From: Mycobacterium tuberculosis H37Rv
GTDB lineage: Bacteria; Actinomycetota; Actinomycetes; Mycobacteriales; Mycobacteriaceae
DNA: 32,000 nt
Assembly (NCBI RefSeq): GCF_000195955.2
Contig: NC_000962.3
Location: forward strand, 3,000,001 to 3,032,000
Reading direction: 5' to 3'
Under the pieces are notes generated by a model. The model saw only the letters and a list, made by a program, of their open reading frames with translations. It was not told the origin of the DNA and ran no database searches. Position 1 is the stretch's first letter. Each line of letters opens with the position of its first letter. The translations under genes and the position numbers were made by a program. This document shows positions 9,344-16,857 of this stretch, piece by piece.

Positions 9344-10027
9344 ATGCGGGTGGTTGTGATGGGGTGCGGCCGGGTCGGGGCTTCGGTGGCCGACGGACTG
9401 TCCCGGATAGGCCATGAAGTCGCGATCATCGACCGTGACAGCGCCGCCTTCAATCGGCTCAGCCCGCAGTTTGCCGGCGAGCGGGTGTTGGGTCAGGGCT
9501 TCGACCGAGATGTGCTGCTGCGTGCGGGCATCCAGGGGGCCGACGCATTCGCCGCGGTGTCCTCCGGCGACAACTCCAACATCATCTCGGCGCGGTTGGC
9601 CCGGGAAACCTTCGGTGTGCCGCGCGTCGTCGCGCGGATCTATGATGCCAAGCGCGCCGAGGTCTATGAGCGACTCGGCATCCCCACCATTACCACCGTT
9701 CCCTGGACCACCGATCGGCTGCTCAACGCGCTAATGCAGGACACCGAAACCGCCAAGTGGCGCGATCCTACCGGTACCGTCGCGGTCGCCGAGGTCGTCT
9801 TACACGAAGACTGGGTGGGCCACCGGGCGACCGATCTTGAGCAGGCCACCGGCGCTCGGATTGCGTTTCTGATCCGATTCGGAACCGGTGTATTGCCGGA
9901 ACCGAAGACGGTCCTACAGGCCGGCGATAAGGTCTATATCGCTGCGATATCCGGCCGGGCCGCAGAGGCAGCGGCCATCGCAGCCTTGCCACCCAGTGAG
10001 GACTTCGAGTCGGGGGCTCGACGATGA
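9344..10027 (+). CDS. ceoB: TrkA-type K+ transport regulatory protein (RCK_N Rossmann plus RCK_C)
   Basis: 227 aa from the ATG at 9344, with SD gagagg (gagaggacctctaATG). GxGxxG motif VVMGCGRVGASVA. The stop overlaps the next start (ATGA at 10024..10027). Confidence 0.9.
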   Translation: MRVVVMGCGRVGASVADGLSRIGHEVAIIDRDSAAFNRLSPQFAGERVLGQGFDRDVLLRAGIQGADAFAAVSSGDNSNIISARLARETFGVPRVVARIYDAKRAEVYERLGIPTITTVPWTTDRLLNALMQDTETAKWRDPTGTVAVAEVVLHEDWVGHRATDLEQATGARIAFLIRFGTGVLPEPKTVLQAGDKVYIAAISGRAAEAAAIAALPPSEDFESGARR

Positions 10028-10686
10028 AAGTAGCTGTCGCCGGAGCGGGTGCGGTGGGCCGCTCGGTCACCCGCGAACTCGTGGAAAACGGACACGACAT
10101 CACCCTGATCGAGCGCAACCCCGACCACCTCGACGCCGCCGCCATCCCGGAGGCGCATTGGCGGCTTGGCGATGCCTGCGAACTGAGCCTGCTGGAGTCG
10201 ATTCACCTCGAAGAGTTCGACGTGGTCGTCGCCGCCACCGGGGACGACAAGGTCAACGTGGTGCTCAGCCTGCTAGCCAAGACCGAATTCGCGGTGCCGC
10301 GGGTGGTGGCCCGGGTCAACGATCCCCGCAACGAGTGGCTGTTCAACGACGCCTGGGGGGTCGACGTCGCGGTGTCCACACCCCGCATGCTGGCGTCGCT
10401 GATCGAAGAGGCCGTCACGATCGGCGACTTGGTGCGGCTGATGGAGTTCCGCACGGGTCAGGCCAATCTGGTAGAGATCACCCTGCCCGACAACACGCCG
10501 TGGGGCGGCAAACCGGTGCGCAAACTTCAGCTGCCGCGGGATGCCGCGCTGGTGACAATCCTGCGCGGGCCACGAGTCATCGTGCCGGAGGCCGACGAGC
10601 CGCTGGAAGGCGGCGACGAGTTGCTCTTCGTCGCAGTCACCGAAGCCGAGGAGGAGCTGAGCAGGCTGCTGCTGCCGTCCATGTAA
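10024..10686 (+). CDS. ceoC: TrkA-type K+ transport regulatory protein, second paralogue
   Basis: 220 aa with motif VAVAGAGAVGRSV. Translationally coupled to ceoB. Confidence 0.9.
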   Translation: MKVAVAGAGAVGRSVTRELVENGHDITLIERNPDHLDAAAIPEAHWRLGDACELSLLESIHLEEFDVVVAATGDDKVNVVLSLLAKTEFAVPRVVARVNDPRNEWLFNDAWGVDVAVSTPRMLASLIEEAVTIGDLVRLMEFRTGQANLVEITLPDNTPWGGKPVRKLQLPRDAALVTILRGPRVIVPEADEPLEGGDELLFVAVTEAEEELSRLLLPSM

Positions 10687-10696
10687 CCGGCGGGCT

Positions 10697-11368
10697 CTAC
10701 TCGCGGCCGGCGTCGGCGTCGAATTCAGCTGCACCTCCGACGGCCGCGGCGTCGTGAGAGGCCAAGATGGCGCGCTGGGCTGCCTTGATTGCCGCGTAGG
10801 TGGCCAGCGCGGCGAGGGCGGTCAGCGGCCAACCCATCCCGATCCTGGCCACTCCCAGCCAACCCGTCTTATCGGCGTCGTAGAGGTGCCTTTGGACGAT
10901 GAACCGGGCAGCAAAAACCAGCGTCCAACCCAGGGTGGCGACGTCAAACGCAAAGACAGCGCGGGACACGTCGCGCCAGGCGCGATCGCGCCCGCTGAGC
11001 CAGCTCCACAAGTAGCCGACTATCGGCCGCCGGATCAGGATCGACAGTGTGAAGACCACCGCCCACAGCAACGACATCCAGATGCCCAGCAGGAAGTACC
11101 CCTTGGACTGTCCCACCAGGTACGCGATCAGCGCGCACACGGCTACCCCGCAGAATCCGGCAACCACCGGCCGCGCAGATTCCCGGCGCAAAAGCCGCCA
11201 CAGCAGGATCAACCCCGCCATGCTCAGGGCGAACCCAATCGCGGGCAGCAAGCCGGCGGCGCTGGAAGCAACCACAAAAGTCACCACCGGTAATGACGAA
11301 TAGACCAGGCCGCTCACTCCGCCGGCCTGCGCCAACAGGCGCTGGGCGCTAGTGCGGTTAGCGTTCAC
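10697..11368 (-). CDS. Conserved actinobacterial integral membrane protein (DUF3159-like, Rv2693c-like)
   Basis: 223-aa ORF with several hydrophobic helices and high third-position GC. Convergent with ceoC across a 10-bp gap. Confidence 0.85.
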   Translation of the reverse strand: MNANRTSAQRLLAQAGGVSGLVYSSLPVVTFVVASSAAGLLPAIGFALSMAGLILLWRLLRRESARPVVAGFCGVAVCALIAYLVGQSKGYFLLGIWMSLLWAVVFTLSILIRRPIVGYLWSWLSGRDRAWRDVSRAVFAFDVATLGWTLVFAARFIVQRHLYDADKTGWLGVARIGMGWPLTALAALATYAAIKAAQRAILASHDAAAVGGAAEFDADAGRE

Positions 11369-11398
11369 GAGACACCGGCAATTCCGACTGCCGGATAG

Positions 11399-11767
11399 TC
11401 ACCGCTGAATTTCGTAATGCGGGTTGTAGATAGCCTTCGTCCCATTTTCCAGCTTGCCCAGCCGGCCGCGCACCCGCAGGGTACGGCCCGTGTCGATGCC
11501 GGGTATCCGGCGTTGACCCAACCACACCAGCGTGACGGTGTCGCTGCCGTCGAACAATTCGGCGCGAACACCACCCGAGCAACCCTTGCCATTGGTTTCC
11601 ACGCTACGCAGGGTGCCAACCACCGTGACCTCCTGGCCGCGCTGGCAGTCGATCGCACGCTGTGCGCCGGCATTGAGCACCTCGTCGGATAACTCTTCGA
11701 CGTCGCGTTGCTCCAGGTCCTCCGTCAACCGACGGGTGAGCCTGCGCAGATAACCCTGGGCCCCCAT
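11399..11767 (-). CDS. OB-fold nucleic-acid-binding domain protein (Rv2694c-like)
   Basis: 122 aa from the ATG at 11767, which has a strong SD (caggagaggccATG). The upstream part of the 157-aa ORF has no SD. Confidence 0.8.
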   Translation of the reverse strand: MGAQGYLRRLTRRLTEDLEQRDVEELSDEVLNAGAQRAIDCQRGQEVTVVGTLRSVETNGKGCSGGVRAELFDGSDTVTLVWLGQRRIPGIDTGRTLRVRGRLGKLENGTKAIYNPHYEIQR

Positions 11768-11915
11768 GGCCTCTCCTGACACGTCACCTACGTTATGGAA
11801 GTTTCGTGCAACTGCCGGCGTATTCCACCTATGCCAACGGCCACCGTAGACCTGTTGGTTCCCGGGCGCCACCGTTGGCCTTGGAGCACCCCAAAGTGGC
11901 GGGCACTATCAAGGG

Positions 11916-12623
11916 ATGGCTGTCGATTTGGATGGGGTCACAACCGTGTTGTTGCCGGGAACCGGATCGGACAACGACTACGTCCGGCGAGCATTTTCCG
12001 CCCCCCTGCGACGCGCCGGGGCGGTGCTGGTGACGCCCGTTCCGCATCCTGGTCGCTTGATCGACGGCTATCGCGCCGCCCTGGACGACGCCGCGCGCGA
12101 CGGGCCGGTTGTCGTCGGCGGCGTCTCGCTCGGAGCCGCAGTGGCGGCGGCGTGGGCGCTGGAACATCCCGATCGCGCGGTCGCCGTCCTGGCCGCCTTG
12201 CCGGCCTGGACCGGGGAACCTGAATTAGCACCTGCCGCGCAGGCAGCGCGGTATACGGCAGCGCGGCTGCGCTGCGACGGTCTGGCGGCGACGACCACAC
12301 GCATGCGTGCATCTAGCCCCGTCTGGTTGGCCGAGGAGCTGACCCGATCGTGGCGAGTTCAGTGGCCCGAGCTGCCCGATGCTATGGAGGAGGCGGCGGC
12401 CTATGTCGCCCCAAGCCGCGCCGAGCTGGCCCGGCTGGTCGCGCCGCTGGCCGTGGCCGCGGCGGTCGATGATCCGATCCACCCGCTGCAGGTCGCTGCC
12501 GACTGGGTGTCCGTAGCTCCGCATGCGGCGCTACGGACGGTGACGCTGGACGAGATCGGCGCGGACGCCGCCGCGCTGGGCTCTGCCTGCCTGGCCGCTC
12601 TCGCCGAGGTCTCGGGCGCTTGA
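11916..12623 (+). CDS. Ala-rich alpha/beta-hydrolase-like protein (Rv2695-like)
   Basis: 235-aa ORF with a nucleophile-elbow-like GGVSLGAAVA (GxSxG). Function not established. Confidence 0.75.
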   Translation: MAVDLDGVTTVLLPGTGSDNDYVRRAFSAPLRRAGAVLVTPVPHPGRLIDGYRAALDDAARDGPVVVGGVSLGAAVAAAWALEHPDRAVAVLAALPAWTGEPELAPAAQAARYTAARLRCDGLAATTTRMRASSPVWLAEELTRSWRVQWPELPDAMEEAAAYVAPSRAELARLVAPLAVAAAVDDPIHPLQVAADWVSVAPHAALRTVTLDEIGADAAALGSACLAALAEVSGA

Positions 12624-12666
12624 TCGCCTGTTTGTCCGACGGCGGAGTGCGCGTACCGTTTGGGTC

Positions 12667-12727
12667 GCCGAGCCTGTAATTTTGCAGGCCCCCACTCGCA
12701 CTTTGCCTGCAGAGTTACAGCCTCAGC
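12667..12727. terminator. Long imperfect inverted repeat (23-nt arms, 15-nt loop) between convergent genes; candidate bidirectional terminator or structured RNA
   Basis: Left arm gccgagcctgtaattttgcaggc (12667..12689); right arm gcctgcagagttacagcctcagc (12705..12727). 19 of 23 positions are complementary by hand alignment. Confidence 0.35.
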
Positions 12728-12732
12728 GAACA

Positions 12733-12832
12733 GCGCGCTCGTACTGTTGAGGTCGTCGAGCTAGTCCCGATCGCCCGACTCCTCCTCACGCCGCTACGCG
12801 GCGCGCTCGTACTGTTGGGGTCGTCGGGCTAG
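12733..12832. repeat. 32-bp direct repeat, two copies 68 bp apart
   Basis: gcgcgctcgtactgttgaggtcgtcgagctag (12733..12764) versus gcgcgctcgtactgttggggtcgtcgggctag (12801..12832), 30/32 identical. The second copy ends on the stop codon of the 12829..13608 gene. Confidence 0.6.
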
Positions 12833-13608
12833 CCGCCCGTCGTGCTGCGCAACTGCTGCATCGCCGATCCTTGAGCGCCGCGGCGTGCAACCCCCGCGGC
12901 GGCTTGGCGTTGCGTGTCGGCCTGTGCCGCCGCAGCCTCCCTTAGTTGCGCCGCCATCGGCTCGGGCAGGTGCACCGGTAACGGCGTCCGTACCGGCAGC
13001 GGGGTATCGCCCCGGCGGACCACGGTGTCCGCCAACGCCTCACGGGCCTCCTCGGTCAGCGCATCGACTGTCTCTTGTGGGCCGTTGACGACGCATCGGA
13101 TCATCCAGCGGTAGCCGTCGACCCCGATGAAGCGCACCACACCGGCGGCGATGCCGATCACTTCGCGACCCCACGGGCCATCCTTGATCGAAACTTTGGC
13201 CGAGTCCTTGCGCAGCGAGTCGGCGAGTTCGCCGGCCACCTCACGCCAGAGCCCGCCGGTCTTAGGTGCCGCGTAGGCCGCAATGCTGTAGCGACCGTTG
13301 GGTGTGATGACCCACACCGCGCTGGGAACACCGCTCTCGGTCAGCTCGACCTGTACCTGACCCGCGGCCGGCATCGGAATCAGCACCGAGCCCAAGTCCA
13401 GCCGGGCCAGCACCGCCACCGAAGGGTCATCGAAGTCGTCGATGTCGAATGGGCCCTGAAGCTCCTCCTGGTCTTCGACGCCTGACGCGGCGGCAGCGCT
13501 GGCCACCACGGTGTCCTCCGGTCGGACGTGCTCGTCGGCCGGCTGGACGGGGGCGTGTCCGGCCTTGCGTTTGCCACCGTCTTTGCCTGTGCGTCTACCG
13601 AATGCCAT
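12829..13608 (-). CDS. Conserved actinobacterial protein (DUF3710-like, Rv2696c-like)
   Basis: 259-aa ORF with an ATG start and a basic N-terminus followed by an acidic stretch. Located directly downstream of dut on the same strand. Confidence 0.85.
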   Translation of the reverse strand: MAFGRRTGKDGGKRKAGHAPVQPADEHVRPEDTVVASAAAASGVEDQEELQGPFDIDDFDDPSVAVLARLDLGSVLIPMPAAGQVQVELTESGVPSAVWVITPNGRYSIAAYAAPKTGGLWREVAGELADSLRKDSAKVSIKDGPWGREVIGIAAGVVRFIGVDGYRWMIRCVVNGPQETVDALTEEAREALADTVVRRGDTPLPVRTPLPVHLPEPMAAQLREAAAAQADTQRQAAAGVARRGAQGSAMQQLRSTTGG

Positions 13609-13685
13609 GGCGAGCGCCGCTCTCCCCCGTAAGCGGGTGGTACCCCCACCTCATCGCGCCCTCCTTTGCATCGTCGCCGGGGTCA
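13609..13685. repeat. Degenerate single-copy MIRU-like element filling the dut to next-gene junction
   Basis: The minus strand reads TGAccccggcgacgatgcaaaggagggcgcgatgagg...gagagcggcgctcgccATG. It shares the ccggcgacgatgca, gcgatg(a/g)gg and gagcggcgc blocks with the 53-bp unit at 7036..7220. Confidence 0.45.
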
Positions 13686-14147
13686 CAAACTCGCATGTCC
13701 GCCGGAGGAACCGTGGCCACCGTCGCCGCGGGATGTCGAGGCCAGCCCGGCCTCGTCGAACGACGAGACCTCGACCAGCTCGACCAACTCAACCCGTTGC
13801 ACTAGCAACTGGGCGATTCGGTCACCGCGATGTACCACGATGGGCGCGGCTGGGTCCAAGTTGATCAGGGCCACCTTGATCTCCCCACGATAACCCGCGT
13901 CGATGGTGCCCGGACTGTTGACGATCGAAAGCCCCACCCGCGTGGCCAACCCGGAGCGCGGATGGACCAGCCCGACCATGCCGAACGGGACGGCGACCGC
14001 AACACCCGTCCGTACCAGGGCGCGGCGCCCAGGTGCCAGCTCGACGTCTTCGGCGCTGTAGAGATCAACGCCGGCGTCGCCGTCGTGAGCGCGGCTGGGC
14101 AGCGGGAGCCCGGGGTCGAGGCGGACGATCGCCAGAGTGGTCGACAC
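13683..14147 (-). CDS. dut: dUTP diphosphatase (dUTPase)
   Basis: 154 aa from the GTG at 14147 ([16 protein letters not shown]...). dUTPase motifs AGVDLYS, RSGLA and [10 protein letters not shown] are present. TAGTCT (TANNNT) lies 7 nt upstream of the GTG. Confidence 0.95.
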
Positions 14148-14155
14148 GGGGCCAC

Positions 14156-14165
14156 AGACTACCCT
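14156..14165. promoter_or_regulatory. Two overlapping opposite-strand -10 hexamers (TANNNT), each 7 nt from a GTG start: candidate back-to-back leaderless promoters
   Basis: Minus-strand TAGTCT is the complement of 14156..14161, 7 nt from the dut GTG at 14147. Plus-strand TACCCT is at 14160..14165, 7 nt from the GTG at 14173. Confidence 0.4.
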
Positions 14166-14172
14166 TGACCGC

Positions 14173-14658
14173 GTGTCTGGGACGCGCCTCGCGCCGCACA
14201 GCGTGCGATACCGCGAGCGATTGTGGGTGCCCTGGTGGTGGTGGCCATTGGCTTTCGCGCTAGCGGCGCTTATCGCGTTTGAAGTAAACCTGGGCGTTGC
14301 GGCCCTACCCGACTGGGTACCGTTCGCAACGCTTTTCACAGTCGCAGCCGGGACGCTGCTATGGCTCGGACGTGTCGAAATTCGGGTCACCGCCGGCTCA
14401 GCGGATGGAGCCGGAGTGAAGCTATGGGCCGGACCAGCGCATCTGCCGGTAGCCGTGATCGCCCGATCAGCCGAAATCCCGGCCACGGCTAAATCTGCGG
14501 CGCTGGGCCGACAACTCGATCCGGCAGCTTACGTCCTGCATCGGGCCTGGGTGGGGCCCATGGTTCTGGTTGTCCTCGACGACCCCAACGATCCCACGCC
14601 GTACTGGTTGGTGAGCTGCCGCCACCCGGAGCGGGTGTTGTCGGCGCTGCGCAGCTGA
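14173..14658 (+). CDS. Conserved membrane protein (DUF3093-like, Rv2698-like)
   Basis: 161 aa from the GTG at 14173, with a [18 protein letters not shown] segment. The longer 173-aa version would overlap dut. Confidence 0.8.
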   Translation: MSGTRLAPHSVRYRERLWVPWWWWPLAFALAALIAFEVNLGVAALPDWVPFATLFTVAAGTLLWLGRVEIRVTAGSADGAGVKLWAGPAHLPVAVIARSAEIPATAKSAALGRQLDPAAYVLHRAWVGPMVLVVLDDPNDPTPYWLVSCRHPERVLSALRS

Positions 14659-14662
14659 CCTA

Positions 14663-14965
14663 TCAGGCGGCGCAGTCGGTGCAGATCATCACGCCGTTCT
14701 TCTCGCTGGCCAACCTGCTGCGGTGTTGCACCAAAAAGCAACTCGAGCAGGTGAATTCGTCAGCTTGCTTGGGTACGACGCGCACCGACAGTTCTTCGCC
14801 GGACAGGTCGGCGCCAGGCAGTTCGAAGGACTCGGCGGATTCGGATTCGTCCACGTCGACCACGGCCGACGCCGCCTCGTTCCGTCGTGCTTTGAGCTCT
14901 TCAAGCGAGTCCTCCGAGACATCATCGGTCTCGGTACGCCGCGGAGCGTCATAGTCGGTAGGCAT
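14663..14965 (-). CDS. Small acidic protein with C-terminal CxxC...CxxC zinc-ribbon (DUF4193-like, Rv2699c-like)
   Basis: 100-aa ORF with an acidic N-terminal half. C-terminus FTCSSCFLVQHRSRLASEKNGVMICTDCAA. Confidence 0.85.
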   Translation of the reverse strand: MPTDYDAPRRTETDDVSEDSLEELKARRNEAASAVVDVDESESAESFELPGADLSGEELSVRVVPKQADEFTCSSCFLVQHRSRLASEKNGVMICTDCAA

Positions 14966-15064
14966 TCCTATCCCCTCACATGCCTCATAACTTCAAGCAA
15001 CGCTTTGTACCAGCGTCGAACGCGTCCACCAAACGATTCGTGCCCGTATCGTGGCCTATTCAAG

Positions 15065-15080
15065 TGTGATTTACATCACA
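15065..15080. promoter_or_regulatory. Perfect CRP/FNR-type palindrome TGTGA-N6-TCACA in a divergent promoter region
   Basis: tgtgatttacatcaca at 15065..15080, in the comparatively AT-rich 237-bp gap between the divergent starts at 14965 and 15203. Confidence 0.55.
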
Positions 15081-15202
15081 TATTCATATTGCACCTTGTA
15101 CGCGGCCCTAAACGGTGCCTTTTTGGGTGCGAACTACACCCAATGGTCCGCCTCCTCACCGCGCCGTGCCGGCACGCGTCGTCAGCGGATTAAAGTGCAC
15201 GT

Positions 15203-15853
15203 GTGGTCGCACAAATCACCGAGGGTACCGCTTTCGACAAGCACGGACGGCCCTTTCGGCGACGCAACCCCCGACCCGCTATCGTCGTGGTGGCCTTCCT
15301 CGTGGTGGTGACTTGCGTGATGTGGACTCTTGCACTGACGCGGCCCCCAGATGTCCGCGAGGCCGCAGTCTGCAACCCGCCTCCGCAGCCGGCGGGGTCA
15401 GCACCGACCAACCTTGGTGAACAGGTGTCGCGGACGGACATGACCGATGTCGCACCCGCCAAACTGAGCGACACCAAAGTCCACGTCCTCAACGCCAGCG
15501 GCCGGGGCGGCCAAGCCGCCGATATCGCTGGCGCACTGCAAGATCTGGGCTTCGCCCAGCCGACCGCCGCCAACGACCCGATCTATGCCGGCACCCGGCT
15601 GGACTGCCAAGGCCAGATCCGCTTCGGTACGGCGGGGCAAGCCACCGCTGCCGCACTATGGCTGGTAGCGCCGTGCACCGAGCTGTATCACGACAGCCGC
15701 GCCGACGATTCCGTCGACCTTGCGCTCGGCACCGACTTCACCACGCTGGCACACAACGACGACATCGACGCCGTGCTTGCCAACCTGCGCCCCGGCGCCA
15801 CCGAGCCCTCAGATCCCGCGCTGCTGGCCAAGATCCACGCCAACAGCTGCTGA
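15203..15853 (+). CDS. Membrane-anchored or secreted LytR_C-domain protein (Rv2700-like, cell envelope integrity)
   Basis: 216 aa with a GTG start. N-terminal TM segment IVVVAFLVVVTCVMWTLAL. The C-terminal region VHVLNASGRGGQAADIAGAL is typical of LytR C-terminal domains. Confidence 0.85.
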   Translation: MVAQITEGTAFDKHGRPFRRRNPRPAIVVVAFLVVVTCVMWTLALTRPPDVREAAVCNPPPQPAGSAPTNLGEQVSRTDMTDVAPAKLSDTKVHVLNASGRGGQAADIAGALQDLGFAQPTAANDPIYAGTRLDCQGQIRFGTAGQATAAALWLVAPCTELYHDSRADDSVDLALGTDFTTLAHNDDIDAVLANLRPGATEPSDPALLAKIHANSC

Positions 15854-15862
15854 TCGGCCGGC

Positions 15863-16735
15863 TCAGTCCGGGATCGGCTCTAGGCCGTTGAATCGCTGTA
15901 GCGCCGCCAACAGCTCGTCGGCGATTCCGGGCGCGGCAGCCACCACCACCAACCCCGCGCCGCCCGCTCTCGGCGTTGACAACAACACGCGGGCCCCCGC
16001 CTCAGCGGCGATCAACGCACCTGCCGCACAGTCCCACACCTGCACCCCGTGCTCGTAGTAGGCGTCCAGCCGACCCGCCGCTACCATGCACAAGTCCAGC
16101 GCCGCAGAACCGATCCGACGCACGTCGCGGACCAACGGCACAACATGAGCCAGCAATTCTGCCTGCTTCTCGCGGCACCGAACCGAGTACCCGAAGCCGG
16201 TACCCAGCAACGCCATCGACAACTCGTCGACACCGGTGCACCGCAACACATGTCTCCCCCGCTCATCGGTGAGATGTGCGCCGAGGCCCGTCGCCGCCGA
16301 ATACACCGTGCGAGCGGCGACGTCGGCGACCGCGCCCGCCACCGTGATGCCGCCAACCTGTGCCCCAATCGACACCGCGTACGCCGGGATGCCGTAGACG
16401 AAATTCACCGTGCCGTCGATGGGGTCGAGCACCCAAGTGACCCGGTCGGAGGGTGTAGCCGTCACGTCGGCGGGACCACCACCTTCCTCCCCGAGAATCG
16501 GGTCACCGGGCCGAAGTTGAGCCAACCGATCACGCAAGAGCCGCTCCGTGTCGGTGTCGACCACGGTCACCGGATCGGTCGGGCTGCTCTTCGCGCGCAC
16601 CGCGCCGTCGCCGTCGCCCGCCCTGGAGATGCCGAAAACCTCGGCCCGACGACCGCGAACGAAGGCCGCCGCCTCGGCAGCAAGGTTTTCGGCCACAGAG
16701 CGCAGCCGCGCGGGTTCGTTGTCAGGTCGTGTCAC
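15863..16735 (-). CDS. suhB: Inositol monophosphatase family protein
   Basis: 290 aa with a GTG start. IMPase motifs WVLDPIDGTVNF and VWDCAAGALI. Confidence 0.9.
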   Translation of the reverse strand: MTRPDNEPARLRSVAENLAAEAAAFVRGRRAEVFGISRAGDGDGAVRAKSSPTDPVTVVDTDTERLLRDRLAQLRPGDPILGEEGGGPADVTATPSDRVTWVLDPIDGTVNFVYGIPAYAVSIGAQVGGITVAGAVADVAARTVYSAATGLGAHLTDERGRHVLRCTGVDELSMALLGTGFGYSVRCREKQAELLAHVVPLVRDVRRIGSAALDLCMVAAGRLDAYYEHGVQVWDCAAGALIAAEAGARVLLSTPRAGGAGLVVVAAAPGIADELLAALQRFNGLEPIPD

Positions 16736-16857
16736 CGGCCTATCGCATCACAGTCGCCACCCGCATGGTGGCGTGGACTCCAGCGGCCATAACGCCCTCG
16801 CAACTGCCGGGCCGCAGTTTAAGGTGAGGGTCATCCACGTCTCGCCGAGGAGATTCG

